A stretch of 63,411 bases of DNA, the filler included, from Intoshia linei (lineage: Eukaryota; Animalia; Orthonectida): assembly GCA_001642005.1 (NCBI GenBank). It is 5 parts of 5 records of this genome, joined end to end, with 100 filler letters (N's around TTAATTAATTAA, not from the genome) between each part and the next. Parts side by side here need not be neighbours in the genome. Positions count along the whole stretch, not along the records: positions 1 to 17,083 come from LWCA01000813.1; positions 17,184 to 41,849 come from LWCA01000530.1; 3 more parts are not named here. One strand, written 5' to 3'. Shown piece by piece: positions 1 through 17,845 of the stretch. The stretch's first letter is position 1. Each line of letters starts with the position of its first letter. A program made the position numbers and the translations under genes. The notes below the pieces were generated by a model. The model saw only the letters and a list, made by a program, of their open reading frames with translations. It made no database searches and was not told the origin of the DNA.

Positions 1-884
1 GGCAAGGTTACACACAATGTTATAAATCTTATTTATGAAAACTATTTCCTTTGATCAGGCCGATGTTTTTAAAAATGTAGGCTTAACGAATGGTACCACC
101 GTTCTTAGAATTTTTTTCTCATCCTGTATAACCCTGTATTTTTGTTCTTAGAAAAAAGTTAACACCTTAATACCCACATTAAATTAGGTAACAATATATC
201 TGTTAAAACATGTGTAAAATTGTCGTTCAATCTTTTAAACAGTAAACATTCAGTTGATCGACATTCATTTGAAATGTACAATGTGTATTGTTAAAGCGGC
301 ATAATCATCGATTTTGATATATATTTGACTATCATAAATATAAAATCATTTTTTTACTATAAATAAAAATTCAATTGATTACATTTTTTATCAAATTTTT
401 AATAGAATCTATTATTCTGGTGAGGTTACCCCAGAGCGATAGGCAAAATTTACCCTTTTTCCCTCTCCTCTCCGTTAAAGATAAATCCTTTTTGACTCTA
501 TTAGTCTTGTGAGATTAATTTAATATCTAATATTAAATTAGATGGTTTTAATTAGAATTAATTACTATCATTGCGGAAATATCATTTTTAACGTTATTTT
601 ATTTCTTAAATAATTTTAAATTTTTCATAAACCCCAAAAAACTGATGTGGACCCTTTGATAATGTTTTGTATATATTACTTCGTTATGTCTGTAACGTAA
701 TAAGTTTAATAACAGAAAAATATAAAACAAAATGTATCAATTATTCAACTTTAACTTTTGTCTCTTTTGTTACCATAGAGACCCCATGCTGCAATGTCTT
801 ATTCAAAAACTTATAAGAACAAGAAATATGACCATTTAATGGTTTCTATTCAAAAAAATTAAATTTGTTAATAAGGAATTAAAG

Positions 885-1483
885 CAGTGATTCCTAACGT
901 GGGGCGTGCGCCCTACCGATGGGGCTTGTGAAAATTTTAGAAAACAAAATAATTGATTATTTATCTATGATTACTATTATTAAAATTCATTGATAAGCTC
1001 AATTTTTATTAAAATTTAGATATATTTTTAAAAGTATTTTTACATGCGTTTTTAATTACAATAATGATCATTGACCACATCACATTTATATAAGAAATTT
1101 ATCACAATTAACTTTAAAGTTATACCGTATAACTACCATTCAAACACATTGGTAAATTTTACCAGGTAAAGTTACAGCAATGATAATTATAATTTTTGAA
1201 CAAGATAAACTAAACTTTGGTAAATTCGCATATTTTTGATAGACTAAAAATGTTTACACCAAACTCTGAAAAATCACAAATTAATTCGGTTTATTAAATG
1301 TTATATATAGGTAAATTAAATTTAAATTTAACTTTTTACCCCAGTTCGTTGCAAAGTAACATATATACATAAAAAATTATGTTAGGACACTACATAGAAA
1401 TATTTGTTAGAAATTATTGTCGGACGTACAAATTTCTTAAAGATAAAAGTGGGGCATGACACTTAAAAGGTTGGGAAACACTG
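885..1483. mobile_element. hAT (Buster/Charlie-type) MITE
   Basis: TIRs CAGTGATTCCTAAC / GTTGGGAAACACTG; flanks aattaaag / acttagag (6/8 match). Confidence 0.65.
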
Positions 1484-1751
1484 ACTTAGAGTGAATAGAA
1501 TAAGTGTTAGACTGTATTTTATATTGACTTTATTGTGAACCCTACCGATATTTCTTAAACCTCAATTTGAAATAACTTAGACGTTGAATTAATTAAATGT
1601 ACTGTCAATTTAATCATTACACAAACGCGACCAATTCAAAGTCACTACCGAATCGAATGTCCAAATTTTATAAAAAAAAATATAAATTGAAAAGTACCTA
1701 GTGATTAAGTTAATCATTAACACATAATGTTTATTGATACGATTATATAAA

Positions 1752-3804
1752 TTAAGCTGAACCACTGAGAAAAATGGTTTCCAAATCATTTTTATACAGT
1801 GGATTAAATGAGTAATATTTAATCATTTCATATAACGATTGAAATTCTTTGGATCCAATTTGAATTTTGTCATTATCAACAATTTGCATATGAAAATTGC
1901 GAAGTTTTTCACTTCCTTTCACAACCATAGTGTATTGCCCTTCCTAAAAATTTAATAATAAAAATTGAATATATTTATACATTTTTACTAGGTCTAATTA
2001 GAAATACACCGATAGCATGTTTTTCTTGATTTAGTAAAATTTCAGCCATTGCATGATTAAATTTTTTATGAAAGCATCTACTTTTCTCAATTTCTTTAAT
2101 TAAGGCAACTTTGCGTAGTAAAACATTGGGAAAATCGTAAATTGGATCAGTTTTTTCTGTGGTGTTAGCTAAAGAGTCAGTTTCAATAATTTTTTTAATT
2201 TTATCAGTCATATCATTTTTTGATATTATATTTTTATCGTTATCTGACTGTGTATTATCTTGTAATGGAACGAATGGTGGATTTTGTTTATTATCATCAG
2301 TATTGATGTAACAGGTTAAAAATGACAGATAAGAAGAATCGTCAATTGGCTTTGAAGTGTCATTTTTTAGAGCATCTTCTGTTGTATAATGTAAAACTTT
2401 ATTTTCCAAATTATCCAAAGAATCTATAAATGATTTTTCATGATCAACCGAATGTTGATTATTATTTGATGTAGAAATTTTTGCGAGTACTTCATGTTTT
2501 GTCTTTTTATTTTGAATGTTTGATAAAATTGAAGAATCAATTATTTCAATGACAAAATTTGGAACGTATCCAACATAATCCAATTGATCCCTAATCATAA
2601 ACGTACCATTTAGTTCTTTTAAAACTTCTACAACGTCACCTATTTTCAATGATAAACCATCGTTTTCACATGTATTATGATTCTCTATAGCTTTAGCATA
2701 TTTAATTTCTCTATTTTTAAATTTCCGAATTGGATTTTTTCCATTTTTAACCTTTAAATAATGTTCATCTTTGACTGCTGCAGATTTAGCTTTTTTGTAG
2801 CGATTTTTTTTTAAACTTTTATTAAAATCAGTCGACATCATAATTCTGGCAACTTCCTCGTCGTCTTTAGATAAAGGTAAAATGTAATTCGACGGAAACC
2901 AACCGTATTGTTTAGCATCATCACATTTTTTTACAATATTATCCATAGCATCTTTTTTCATTGCTGTATGAATATAAAAAGAATGCGGCATATCGGGATC
3001 ATATATAATATTAGTTTTTTCACCGTACCACCATGCGTCTTTTGATTTAAACAAAATACTTAAAATTTCCCCCTTTTTTATTGACAATTCATCAGACATT
3101 AATGATTCATATGAATATCGCACATATGCCATTCCATTTGCCGTATATATTTCTAAATTTGCGTTAAATTGATTAGAATCAATTTTTTCTTCTTCTTCGT
3201 CAATGTTAATCATTTTAGTGTGAACTACATTATCGGAACATCTACGATTCATCATTATGGGGTTAAATAATTTAAATTTACTCTTTTTTTTAGCACTTTT
3301 TGCTTTCAATTCTAAAAAACTTTCGATACTATCTATACTAGCCAGAGATATCTTTCGACTGTAATACTTGTTAATTTTAGATTTACAGTCTAACGTTCGC
3401 ATTGAATTTGATTTGTAAATTTTTTTAGACGCGTTGTGACTAGGAATTTTTCTGACTAAACCATTTTCTACATTTTTTTGGTCGTATACATTTACATGTA
3501 ACACTTTGGGAAAATTTTCCAAATTAACATTTTTAATGGTATTAAACTCGTTTTCCTTTTTCAACTTTTTATTTTTTCCAAGTGAATTTCGAATATGTTT
3601 TATTATATGTAAATGACGTGGTTTTTTGAATTCTTTTAGATAGTTCGATGGGGCTAGTCCTCGAACTTTTTCTTGGTTTTCAACTAACCACCATAAAGTT
3701 TTTCTTTCTATTAATTTGTATTTATTTCCAACCACCAATGTTATTTCGCACGGCAATTGAGCTTTATAATTAAATTTTGCAATCACCGTTGCCTTTTCAA
3801 ACAT
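1752..3804 (-). CDS. NCK: Nck/Dock-like adaptor (SH3-SH3-SH3-SH2), 2 exons, ~671 aa
   Basis: Exon 1 3804-1981, 37-nt GT-AG intron 1980-1944, exon 2 1943-1752 (EGQYTMVVKGSEKLRNFHMQ...IGSKEFQSLYEMIKYYSFNPLY...SA*). Three SH3-like segments (WWLV..GLAPSNY; WWYG..GWFPSNY; VGYVPNFV) precede an SH2 with FLIRPS and an Nck-type C-terminal half. Confidence 0.85.
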
Positions 3805-4171
3805 TCGGTCTAAAATATTTGTTAATTGTTAAATATATTTAATATGTCACATCTGAAATGGTGCTATACACAACCTGTGTAACACAGGGCAATATTACAA
3901 AACAGATGGAAAGGTAGTTATCTGTTAGAGCAAACTGCTTAATGTACATAAGAAATTATCGTCAAACTATAAATTTTAAGAATGAACAACTTGGAATAAT
4001 ATTTAATAATATTATTTGTTTTTTCATTAATATTTTTCTTGTTCTTACAATGGGATTTGATCGTTTCATCGTCAACTAGGGTATTATTTTTGCAATAATA
4101 ATCCAACAAAAATATAATCTAATCGTTTATAATTCATAAAATGAAATATTCATTAATATAGGTCTACTTTA

Positions 4172-4502
4172 CTGTCTGATCTCGATTATAAGAAGTCTTC
4201 TTATATTCGACAGTAGAAGGAAAAATGCTTATAATCAAAAACAAGCATAATTTTAAGCAGACTGAAAAATATAAAAAATACACTAAAAGTTTTTTTCTAA
4301 TTAGTATAAAACTTATAAATTAGACATTCTATTGTATGAAGTAAGTTATTTATTAGAAATACATTGATATGTTGTCTATTTTTTGTTTAAAGTTCTTTCT
4401 TTCGAATACAAGCAAAAACTGCTTATATTCAAATTTTATTTAGTTAAAAATTTCACTGAAAATTTGTATTTCAGGAGTCTGCTTATAATCGAGAAAAGAC
4501 AG
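4172..4502. mobile_element. pogo/Tc1-type MITE upstream of Nck
   Basis: TA-flanked TIRs CTGTCTGATCTCGATTATAAG / CTTATAATCGAGAAAAGACAG; close second copy at 22476-22799. Confidence 0.85.
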
Positions 4503-6227
4503 TAGTCATGTAAATCTATGGTATTTATTTTTTTGCAACATATTTAGAATATATCTTCACCAATTTTTTTTAACTAGAAAATTCAATTTTCTTTTTGTGC
4601 ATTTGACGATCTTTTTTCTCATTTAAACATCGATTACAATTTGATCTTAAGATGTTCATTTGTATTCAGACTCAATGAAAAATTAAAAAAATATAAAATT
4701 ATCCAATTTAATTAGACTATATGACGTTCCTCCATTAATTTCCCGTTTTTATCTTAATTATTTACAGAATTATTGTCGTCGTCCCAGATTTTGTAGATTT
4801 TAAATATTTTCTGGCATGTAATTGTGAAGAATTTACAACGTTAAATTTATAGTACTACTTTGTATTATCTTTTTTATACTATTTCACTATGTATAAGCAC
4901 AAATGGGTTATTTAAATTGCATTGTATTTACGAAAAATATACGTTAATTTTCTTTTTAAAAAATGGCCAAAATATTGAGTCTCGCGTCAGGTGGATCTAT
5001 AAAAGTAAAATAATTAGTTAATATTAAGAATTTCATCCTTATTTACAGTTAATTCAGATAAAAATATATTTAAATGTTTACGATAACTATACTTTTTAAC
5101 CCGTGCGCCGCAAAGATATTTGAATTTATTTAAGAAAAAAGTTTTTTTTTTATTTTAAAAATTTTTTTAACATTAATTAATGTACTATGAATATACTAGT
5201 GTATTTATATTTAATAATATGGTGAACTCCAAAAATATCAATACATTTCATCATACATGGTACATCAAAACTTCTTTACTACCATTTGTAAATTTTAAAG
5301 TTGTAAGTTAACCAAATGTAAAATTATTTTTTTATTATTACGATTTTATATTTTTATTGATTTTAATCTTTGCACAATTTCGAATATCAATGTCTTTTTC
5401 TTATCAAAATTGAAGGTGTGCCCAAATTTTTATGTATTTCATAAGTGCGCACTAAAGTAAAAAAGGTTAAGAACCACTGATGTAAATTGATAAAATGAAC
5501 AAAAATTCATAAATTTGGTATTAATTTTAAAAGGTTCTCTCCTCATGCAACTGTGCATGAATTCTAAATTCAATTTCATTATTCTTATTTATTTTGAGAA
5601 CGAATACGATCCTGCCCTACCGTAAAGGAAACGATATTAGGAACAAAGCACTTGACACCCCAATGTACAATGTACATAAAAAATAAAAATCTTACATTGA
5701 ATATATCTGTCCAGGTGTATGAAATACTCTTTTTTTAATTTAAAAAATAAATAAGTGAAAGTGCAGTTGAAACATGAAGTATGTTAAATTTTAATATGTG
5801 AAATCGAAAATAAATTTTAGTTTGTATTTTAAGTCAATACATTTTTATTTTTGACATTATTTTTTCTATTAGAATTATGTAATATTACCTACATAATTAA
5901 TTAAAGTAATCGAAAATAAACAAAATTTAAACCGCAATAAAAATGCTGATATTTGGTTACAATTTTCACTAGTTTTTAATTCAAAATACACAATGTTAAT
6001 TAAATTGGATTTACTCAAGATTTTATACAACATAAATAAAAATTTATACAACGAATGTTCAATAGATCAATGTTTTATTTTAATTAAAATTACAATATTA
6101 ATGTTGAAATAAATATAAGAAAATTACATTTTCATTTAAAATTGATAAATGTTGTCACAGGTGTACCTATCTATCTATGCAAGACCTGCATAGATTGAGG
6201 ATTCAGACAAGGATATTTATAGAAATA

Positions 6228-6985
6228 CTAGCTTGACTGTTATGTACTACGTACAAACAGCACCTAGCTCTGCCGAGGGCACATTTTTATTATACCAAAA
6301 AAATAAATTCATGTTGATAATCTAACTTAAAAATCCTACTATTTACTATTATCAATCCTTTAAAGGTTTTCAAATTTGTTTCAAGAGGAACCATCATATC
6401 ACATTACTTTTTACTTTAAAGTGAATTATTCCATCTTAATTTAATATATTTTCAAGGTCAAAACCCCAAATGACCTTTTTTTTTTATGAAAATAGCCCTA
6501 GAATTTGAAAAAATTTACAGGTGGTACAGTTGTATCCTGTTAACACACACAAAATTTCAATCTGAATAAGTGCCGCCTTCACAGTCAAAAAAGCATTTTA
6601 GTATTCATATATTTTTTTTCAAAATATTACATTAAAACAAAAAATGTGAAATAATTAAAAGTTCGAAAATAAAAAAAAATTTATTCCGATAGAGCTTATT
6701 CTAGTTGATATAAATACAAAATTTCAACCCCAGAAATGTACGAATTCCCGATGAAAAATAATTTTTAATATATATCATTTAATTTAAATATAATATAATA
6801 ATATCAACCAATATTTTTCAAATATTTTGATTAAAATCAAAAATTAAAAATGTAAATATTGATCCTACAATTTCAAAAAAAATGTGCATTGTACGTCTAC
6901 ACATTTCCAATAAAGACATATGGGTGAAAATCTATGTAATTCATTCCTTCGGATTTTTTTTCATTACTACACAATTTTTAATTTT
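6228..6985 (-). mobile_element. Helitron family copy with an internal inversion
   Basis: 3' CTAG/hairpin end on the minus strand (6228-~6440), then the internal part in plus orientation (~6450-6985). Confidence 0.75.
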
Positions 6986-7548
6986 TATTTTTTAGTTATC
7001 TAAAATTTTTAATATTTTTTATTTACAAATTTATCTGATAAATCTTCTTTTTTGAAATATTGGAATACATATTGTATGTTAGTTTCATTTTTTTGTTAGA
7101 GATAACCTTGTGGCATTTTGATTCAACGGCATAAATGTCAATTAGACCTGATGGGGACATCTTTGATGTCATTTTTATTTTTTCAATTAAATTTAAATAT
7201 TTTGATAACAAATAAAATTTTGTTTGTGATGTTTAAGATCATTTACAATTTTCAGATCTAAAGATTTAGTATTTTCGTTTAGATTTAGTATTTTAGTATT
7301 AGATAAAGTATTTTCGTAATTTTCACGTGATTTAATTAAAAATTTCAATATAAATAATACATATTATTTGTAATACATGTACTACAAAAATTCCGTTAAG
7401 ATTTACGTCTCCAAATTTAAATAGGACTCGTAATGTTGAATCTACAATTAGTAGCAAAATTTTGTTGAATAAACTAAACTTAGTTATAAACTAAATAGCA
7501 ACGAAGAATCGATAAACTATAGATTTCCAAGATTTGAAGATAAATAAA

Positions 7549-9082
7549 ATGTCTAAAACTTTCAGTTATAATTCAAATTCTGAATTATCAGGTTCTATTG
7601 AAAATCTTGAAATAACAAACGACGTTGAGATTATTCCCAACACTAACAATGAGGGTAATTTGATTTTGATGTTAATTTGACTTTATAATCATTATTTTTA
7701 AATTTAGAAGAAATACTCACCAGTGTAATTTTTTGAATATTGATAGCATATTAGAATATAACAACTAAGTATTACAATTAGGACCATAATTCACGATCAT
7801 TTCAAATTGAAGATGTAAAACCTAAAAGAAAGGAAACCCCTGAAACTATAAGAGAATACCGAAGAAAAGCTAAAGATGAGCGTGATGAAAAAGGTAATGT
7901 TATCTTTTATTTTTCAGTCAATTTTTTTAGAAAAAAAGCATTCAATTCAAAAAAGTGAAATGCGTGAAGAAGCAGAAAATAAAATTAAAAAATTGGAACA
8001 AAACAAATTATTAGAAATTGAAAATAGGAAAAAGGAAAATCGGTAATTTCACAATTGTTTTTATGGGCTACACAAATCCTCTTCTAACTTTAATGGTGAT
8101 TGCCTATAATCGAACTTTTCATCAACGCCTCACAAACTTCGGATTTAATTAATTTAAGTAGACGCTAATCCTTACTTATATAAAATTCTTTGTTTGTCTG
8201 TGTGTGTTATCGTTTATTTCAATAACTACGAGTCTTATAATTTTATAAAGTTCACATTTCTATTACAGTTTTTTCCGGTGAAAGTAAGATAAATCTCAAT
8301 CTTCGCAACTCACATCTTACGCGTCAAAAAGCCCAATTATCCTTTTTTTGAAAATCAAACGAGTTCGAGAATTTAAAAAATATACACTATGATATGGATT
8401 TAAAAATCATAAATTTCAATTTCAAAAAAATATATCTTTAGAGACAAAACCCAAAATTAACTTTTTTTTTAAAATGAAAACAGTCCTAGAATTTAAAAAA
8501 ATTACAGGTAGTACGTTATAATTAACGGTCTAGAATCTAGACCGTCTAGACTCTAGAGTCTTTAATAAAAAAAAGAAAGATTATTCTGATACGCAATTTT
8601 TCATTTTTAAATACTTTTTTTCAAAAAATTTTACGAAATTTATTTTAAAACTACAGCAAGTAAAAGTACAACTTTGTTATTATCATTTATATATTTCTTA
8701 CAATGCTTTGGAATGTTGGTAAAATTCATCCGAAATATTTTTTTAAACTGCTACTTCCGTTAATTATCGATACGATTGGTATTTTTAATTATTTATTAAA
8801 TTGGTAGTGAATAAAATTAGATAAGTCCGCCCTTGGCAGAGCGAGGTGCTGTTTGTACGTAATACAAAACAGCCAAGCTAGTTATATTATAATCATTTTG
8901 ATAATTACTTTTTTAGTGATAAAGAAGCTAAAATGCTGAAAGAGCGAGATAGTCAATCTACAGAAGGAATCTGGAAACGCATTGGCACTTTATGTGATTT
9001 AAAATCAGTTAATCAAGCAAAGGGAGTTTCTCGTATGAGAGAAGTCTTAATCAGTAAATGTGAAAATAGTCAGATTGATTAA
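7549..9082 (+). CDS. CLC: Clathrin light chain, 5 exons (absent from ORF track)
   Basis: Exons 7549-7654, 7708-7724, 7782-7893, 7931-8042, 8917-9082 join in frame. ETPETIREYRRK...EMREEA...RKKENR...GIWKRIGTLCDLK...GVSRMREVLI matches the clathrin light chain EPESIRKWREE...WERIAKLCDF...DVSRMRSVL pattern. Confidence 0.85.
8169..8881 (+). mobile_element. Non-autonomous Helitron, both termini present, in clathrin light chain intron 4
   Basis: A|TCCTTACTTATATAAAA...hairpin CTGTTTGTACGTAATACAAAACAG...CTAG|T; no target duplication. Confidence 0.85.
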
Positions 9083-10198
9083 TCTGTTTAACATGTTTAT
9101 CGTTTTTATTAAATTCGTTTATTTTCAATGTAGAAACAAATTATAATAACTGAATTAGAGCAATGTTCTTAAACTGGGAGCTGTATAGTTTCCAGTGGTC
9201 CGAGAAAGGGGTGTTAGCAAAATAAATTTCAACCTCCCAAGCTCACATTTTACGGGTTAAAAACTGAATTGTCCTTTTTTTTTGAAAATCAAACGAGTTC
9301 GAGTATTAAAAAAATATATACTCTGATACGGATTTTAAAATCATAAATTTAAATTTAAACAAATATATCTTCAGGGCTAAAACCCCAAATTACCATTTTT
9401 TTTAATGAAAACAGCCCTAGAATTTAAAAATATTACAGGTGGTACAGTTGTATCCTGTTAATACACATGTCATTTAACAAAACGATCATTTTGAAATGTG
9501 TGTTTTAGAAGTGTAGAGTTGTTTTTTGCTGAAATAGAAATTATAAAAGTTAATTCCAACATTTGAAAAGAATGTGTATTTAAATAATAATAAAAATTGT
9601 GTATTATAATTCATGGAAAAATAAATTTAATTGAATTTATTGGAAATTTTGCATCTTAAAATTTTTTTATTAAATTATAATATTTATGAGATTGTTTTAC
9701 AGCGATTTCATAATTAATTTAATGAAAAATTTCTTTTTAGGATTAATTTTAGATTAAAAATCTAACAAATTAACATACAGTATACCTTCACAACTCTCTA
9801 ATTCTGTATTTCGCCAAATGATTATTACTGTAATCTAGAAATATCAACATTTTTTTCTATACATTTTAAATTTCTATAACTCGCCAATTATCTTACTCGA
9901 TATTAATTTATAATATAAAACCATTTTCATAATTAGTTACGATTTTATGTACTTAAATGTAGTGTATGTTTTGAATCACGTTGAAATTTAAAATGCTTCT
10001 AAATCGCAAAAGATAAGGTTGAAATTAATTAATTTTTTATTATATTAATTACAATAATTACTTAATTGTATTAATTATTTTGTATTAAATTTTACAATTT
10101 ACATTTTATTACAATTTAACCTTTAATGTAAAGGTTTTATCTGCTTTTTATATACACCTTTTAAAGTTTAAATTAAAATAAATGAAATCTATTTAAAA

Positions 10199-10444
10199 CA
10201 GCGGTTCTCAAATGGGGTACCATACATTATTTTAGGGTACCAGTTCGTCTCATTTTATGACTCACACTTTATGATTCATAAATTATAAATATTTTTAAAA
10301 TTTCGTAATACATTTATCTATTTTTGATAAAATAGAGTTTAACTATTTATTTTATTTGATTTTTTTTAATTCACATGGTATCATAGTTACAATAAATAGA
10401 AATTATTATGGGGTACCAACCGCGAAGTATGTTGAGAACCGCTT
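10199..10444. mobile_element. hAT (Buster-type) MITE
   Basis: TIRs CAGCGGTTCTCAA / TTGAGAACCGCTT; perfect 8-bp TSD ATTTAAAA. Confidence 0.85.
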
Positions 10445-10697
10445 ATTTAAAAATAGTTGATGTTTAATTTAAAATACAGTATTCTCGCTATTCTTGGGAT
10501 TTCAAAAAAGTTGGCGAGATAGAAAAACTAAAACTATGAAAAAATACGATGAAGTTAACTTCATTTTTATGTTTTGTAATAAAAAATAAATCTTAGAATA
10601 ATCCAGTAACAAATGACTGACGAAACTGTTATCTATCAACGAATCTCAACCGATAGAACATAGTTAGCACCATCTTAGTAAGTTTTTTATAATAAAT

Positions 10698-11152
10698 TTA
10701 GGTTGACTGTTATGTACTACGTACAAACAGGACCTAGCTCTGCCGATGGCACATTTTTATTATACTTAAAAAATAAATTCACGTTGAATTCAAATTTGTT
10801 TCGTATCAGAATAATCTTTTATTTAATTTTCGGACTGTTAATTATTTCACATTTTGTGTTTTAATAAAATATTTCGGAAAAAAAATATAAGAATACTAAA
10901 ATGCTTTTTTGACCGTAAAGTCATCACTTATTCGGATTGAAATTTTTTGTGTGTTAACAAGATACAACTGTACCACCTGTAAATTTTTTTAAATTCTAAG
11001 GCTGTTTTCATTAAAAAAAGAAGGGTAATTTGGGGTTTTGGTCCTGAAGATATAATTTTTTTAAATGTAAATTTGTGATTATGTTTATGATTTTAAAATC
11101 CATGGAACACACACACAAACAAAAATAGCGTAGCATATTATATAAGTAAGAA
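10698..11152 (-). mobile_element. Helitron family copy (internally deleted) ~300 bp upstream of GAPDH
   Basis: Same terminal sequences: ggttgactgttatgtactacgtacaaacag at the left and tatataagtaaga at the right. Confidence 0.8.
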
Positions 11153-11459
11153 TTATTCATTGGTATTCGTGAATTATATACTACCGTAGTTAATTTATCA
11201 CATGATTGATATGAACGATTAAAAATAACAACCATTCCATTAACTACAATCATTATTTGAATGTAAATAATAAGGCTTTTAGTATACTATCGTTCTAAAT
11301 TTACATTTGCAAAAACACAAAAAAATAACTTTTATCACCATAATAATAGAATTGGATTTGTAGACTAAATTTATCATACTAGTTAAATAAATATTGAGTG
11401 ATATTTCATTATTTGACATTGCTAAATATTTTTGCTTACTTTTTCATATTTCATAAAAA

Positions 11460-16415
<4,956 letters not shown>

Positions 16416-17083
16416 ACGTTAAAATAAATAAAACATTATCATACATGTAATTGTACGTTTTAACGTAAAACGACGTTTCATTTAATTACGGATTTTAAAT
16501 TTTAACATTACGTTCATAACGTTTGCATAGGTATTTGGTTTTTATTTATCTTAAAAAGTGATGGATAGTAGTATTTACGCCTCAAAATATTTTTAATCAT
16601 AATTGAATTTGTCATTAATTTATCAATGCATCAAGAATATGAAGACCAGTTCAACGGTTAATTATTCAACATTTCATTTTATACGTATTATTTTTAGTTT
16701 TTATTTTTATACAAATTTTAGTAACTGCCTTAATAGTATTCGTAATCGTTTTTTTTATGATCATGGAATCAATTATAATTCACTCTTTCCTATGTGCCAA
16801 ATGCAAAATTAGAAAAAGTTCACATAATTGCAAAATTAAGCTTGCAACGTTATACGAAGAAATCAAATTGATGATTAGAACATGTTAGGATATGATTACT
16901 TTGATTATACTGTATTATTAAAAATTGTTACTTTTTAAATTTTATTAATTGTTGTTGACGTTATTACATTTAATGTCGAAGTATATACTGATTACTAGGG
17001 CAAGCAAAAGTCAGAAAAGTTAAAATTTGATGTTAAATAGTTTAACATTTCCAGCATGATGGCACCAATATCGTCAATATTAA

Positions 17084-17183
17084 NNNNNNNNNNNNNNNNN
17101 NNNNNNNNNNNNNNNNNNNNNNNNNNNTTAATTAATTAANNNNNNNNNNNNNNNNNNNNNNNNNNNNNNNNNNNNNNNNNNNN
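17084..17183. other. Assembly gap spacer
   Basis: 44 N + TTAATTAATTAA + 44 N. Confidence 0.97.
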
Positions 17184-17399
17184 TAGTTATTCAAATAAGT
17201 GGGGTAGAGAGAAGCTATTTTTAGATTTTTTTAATATTGCTCAATAAAATAAAATTTATAAAAAGTTAATTCCAGTTACTGAAATTTAAAAAATTATTTA
17301 TATTAAATATTTTTTATTTATAAATTTATCAGATTTTTGAAAATATTGGAATAGTTTGGATTGCATTTTAACAACTCAGAAAATACATTTTGTTTTATT

Positions 17400-17845
17400 T
17401 CATTAAAAAAACAACCGGCAATTCTTGGCGTAATTCATAATCTCCTTAAATAACTTTTCCTTTTGAAAATTCATCGCAGTTCAGTGTGCAGAAGTAAACA
17501 CTTGTGTTTTGAATGCATAGCATTACAAAACTGACTTATTCTAATTTTAAGCCATAATTTTACATGCTGGTAAAATAAGTGATTCTACCAATTTGTGAGA
17601 TTTCATTTTTAGTGCTATCAATTCTAATATTTCATACGATGCTAATTGATCATTTTCAGATACGTTTATGGTTATTTCAAATTTTTTTGAATGTTTTTTT
17701 TATTCATTTAACAACCTTAGTTAAGTTGAATTAGTAAGAAAATATTTTTTATCCTTATTTTCAAGACGAGAATGTTTAGATTTCAAATGTTTCAATAATC
17801 TAATAGGAAGCATTGCCTCATTTGACAGTTTGAACCCACACATTT
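17400..17845 (-). pseudogene. Decayed Buster/Charlie (ZBED5/SCAND3-like) hAT transposase
   Basis: CGFKLSNEAMLPIRLLKHLKSKH (BED finger), ASYEILELIALKMKSHKLVESLILPACKIM and CLLLHTELR*..KGKV..YELRQEL, with stops, frameshifts and an internal deletion. Confidence 0.8.

Noticed and set aside
11011-11253. Short ORFs at 11011, 43330 and 53277
   Set aside because: They overlap non-coding Helitron copies and show no protein motifs.
16440-16525. Cluster of ACGT motifs and small palindromes after GAPDH
   Set aside because: Short and AT-rich; cannot be told from chance or TE debris.
17128-17139. TTAATTAATTAA palindrome recurring four times
   Set aside because: It is always centred between 44-N runs and gives stops in all six frames, so it is an assembly spacer.
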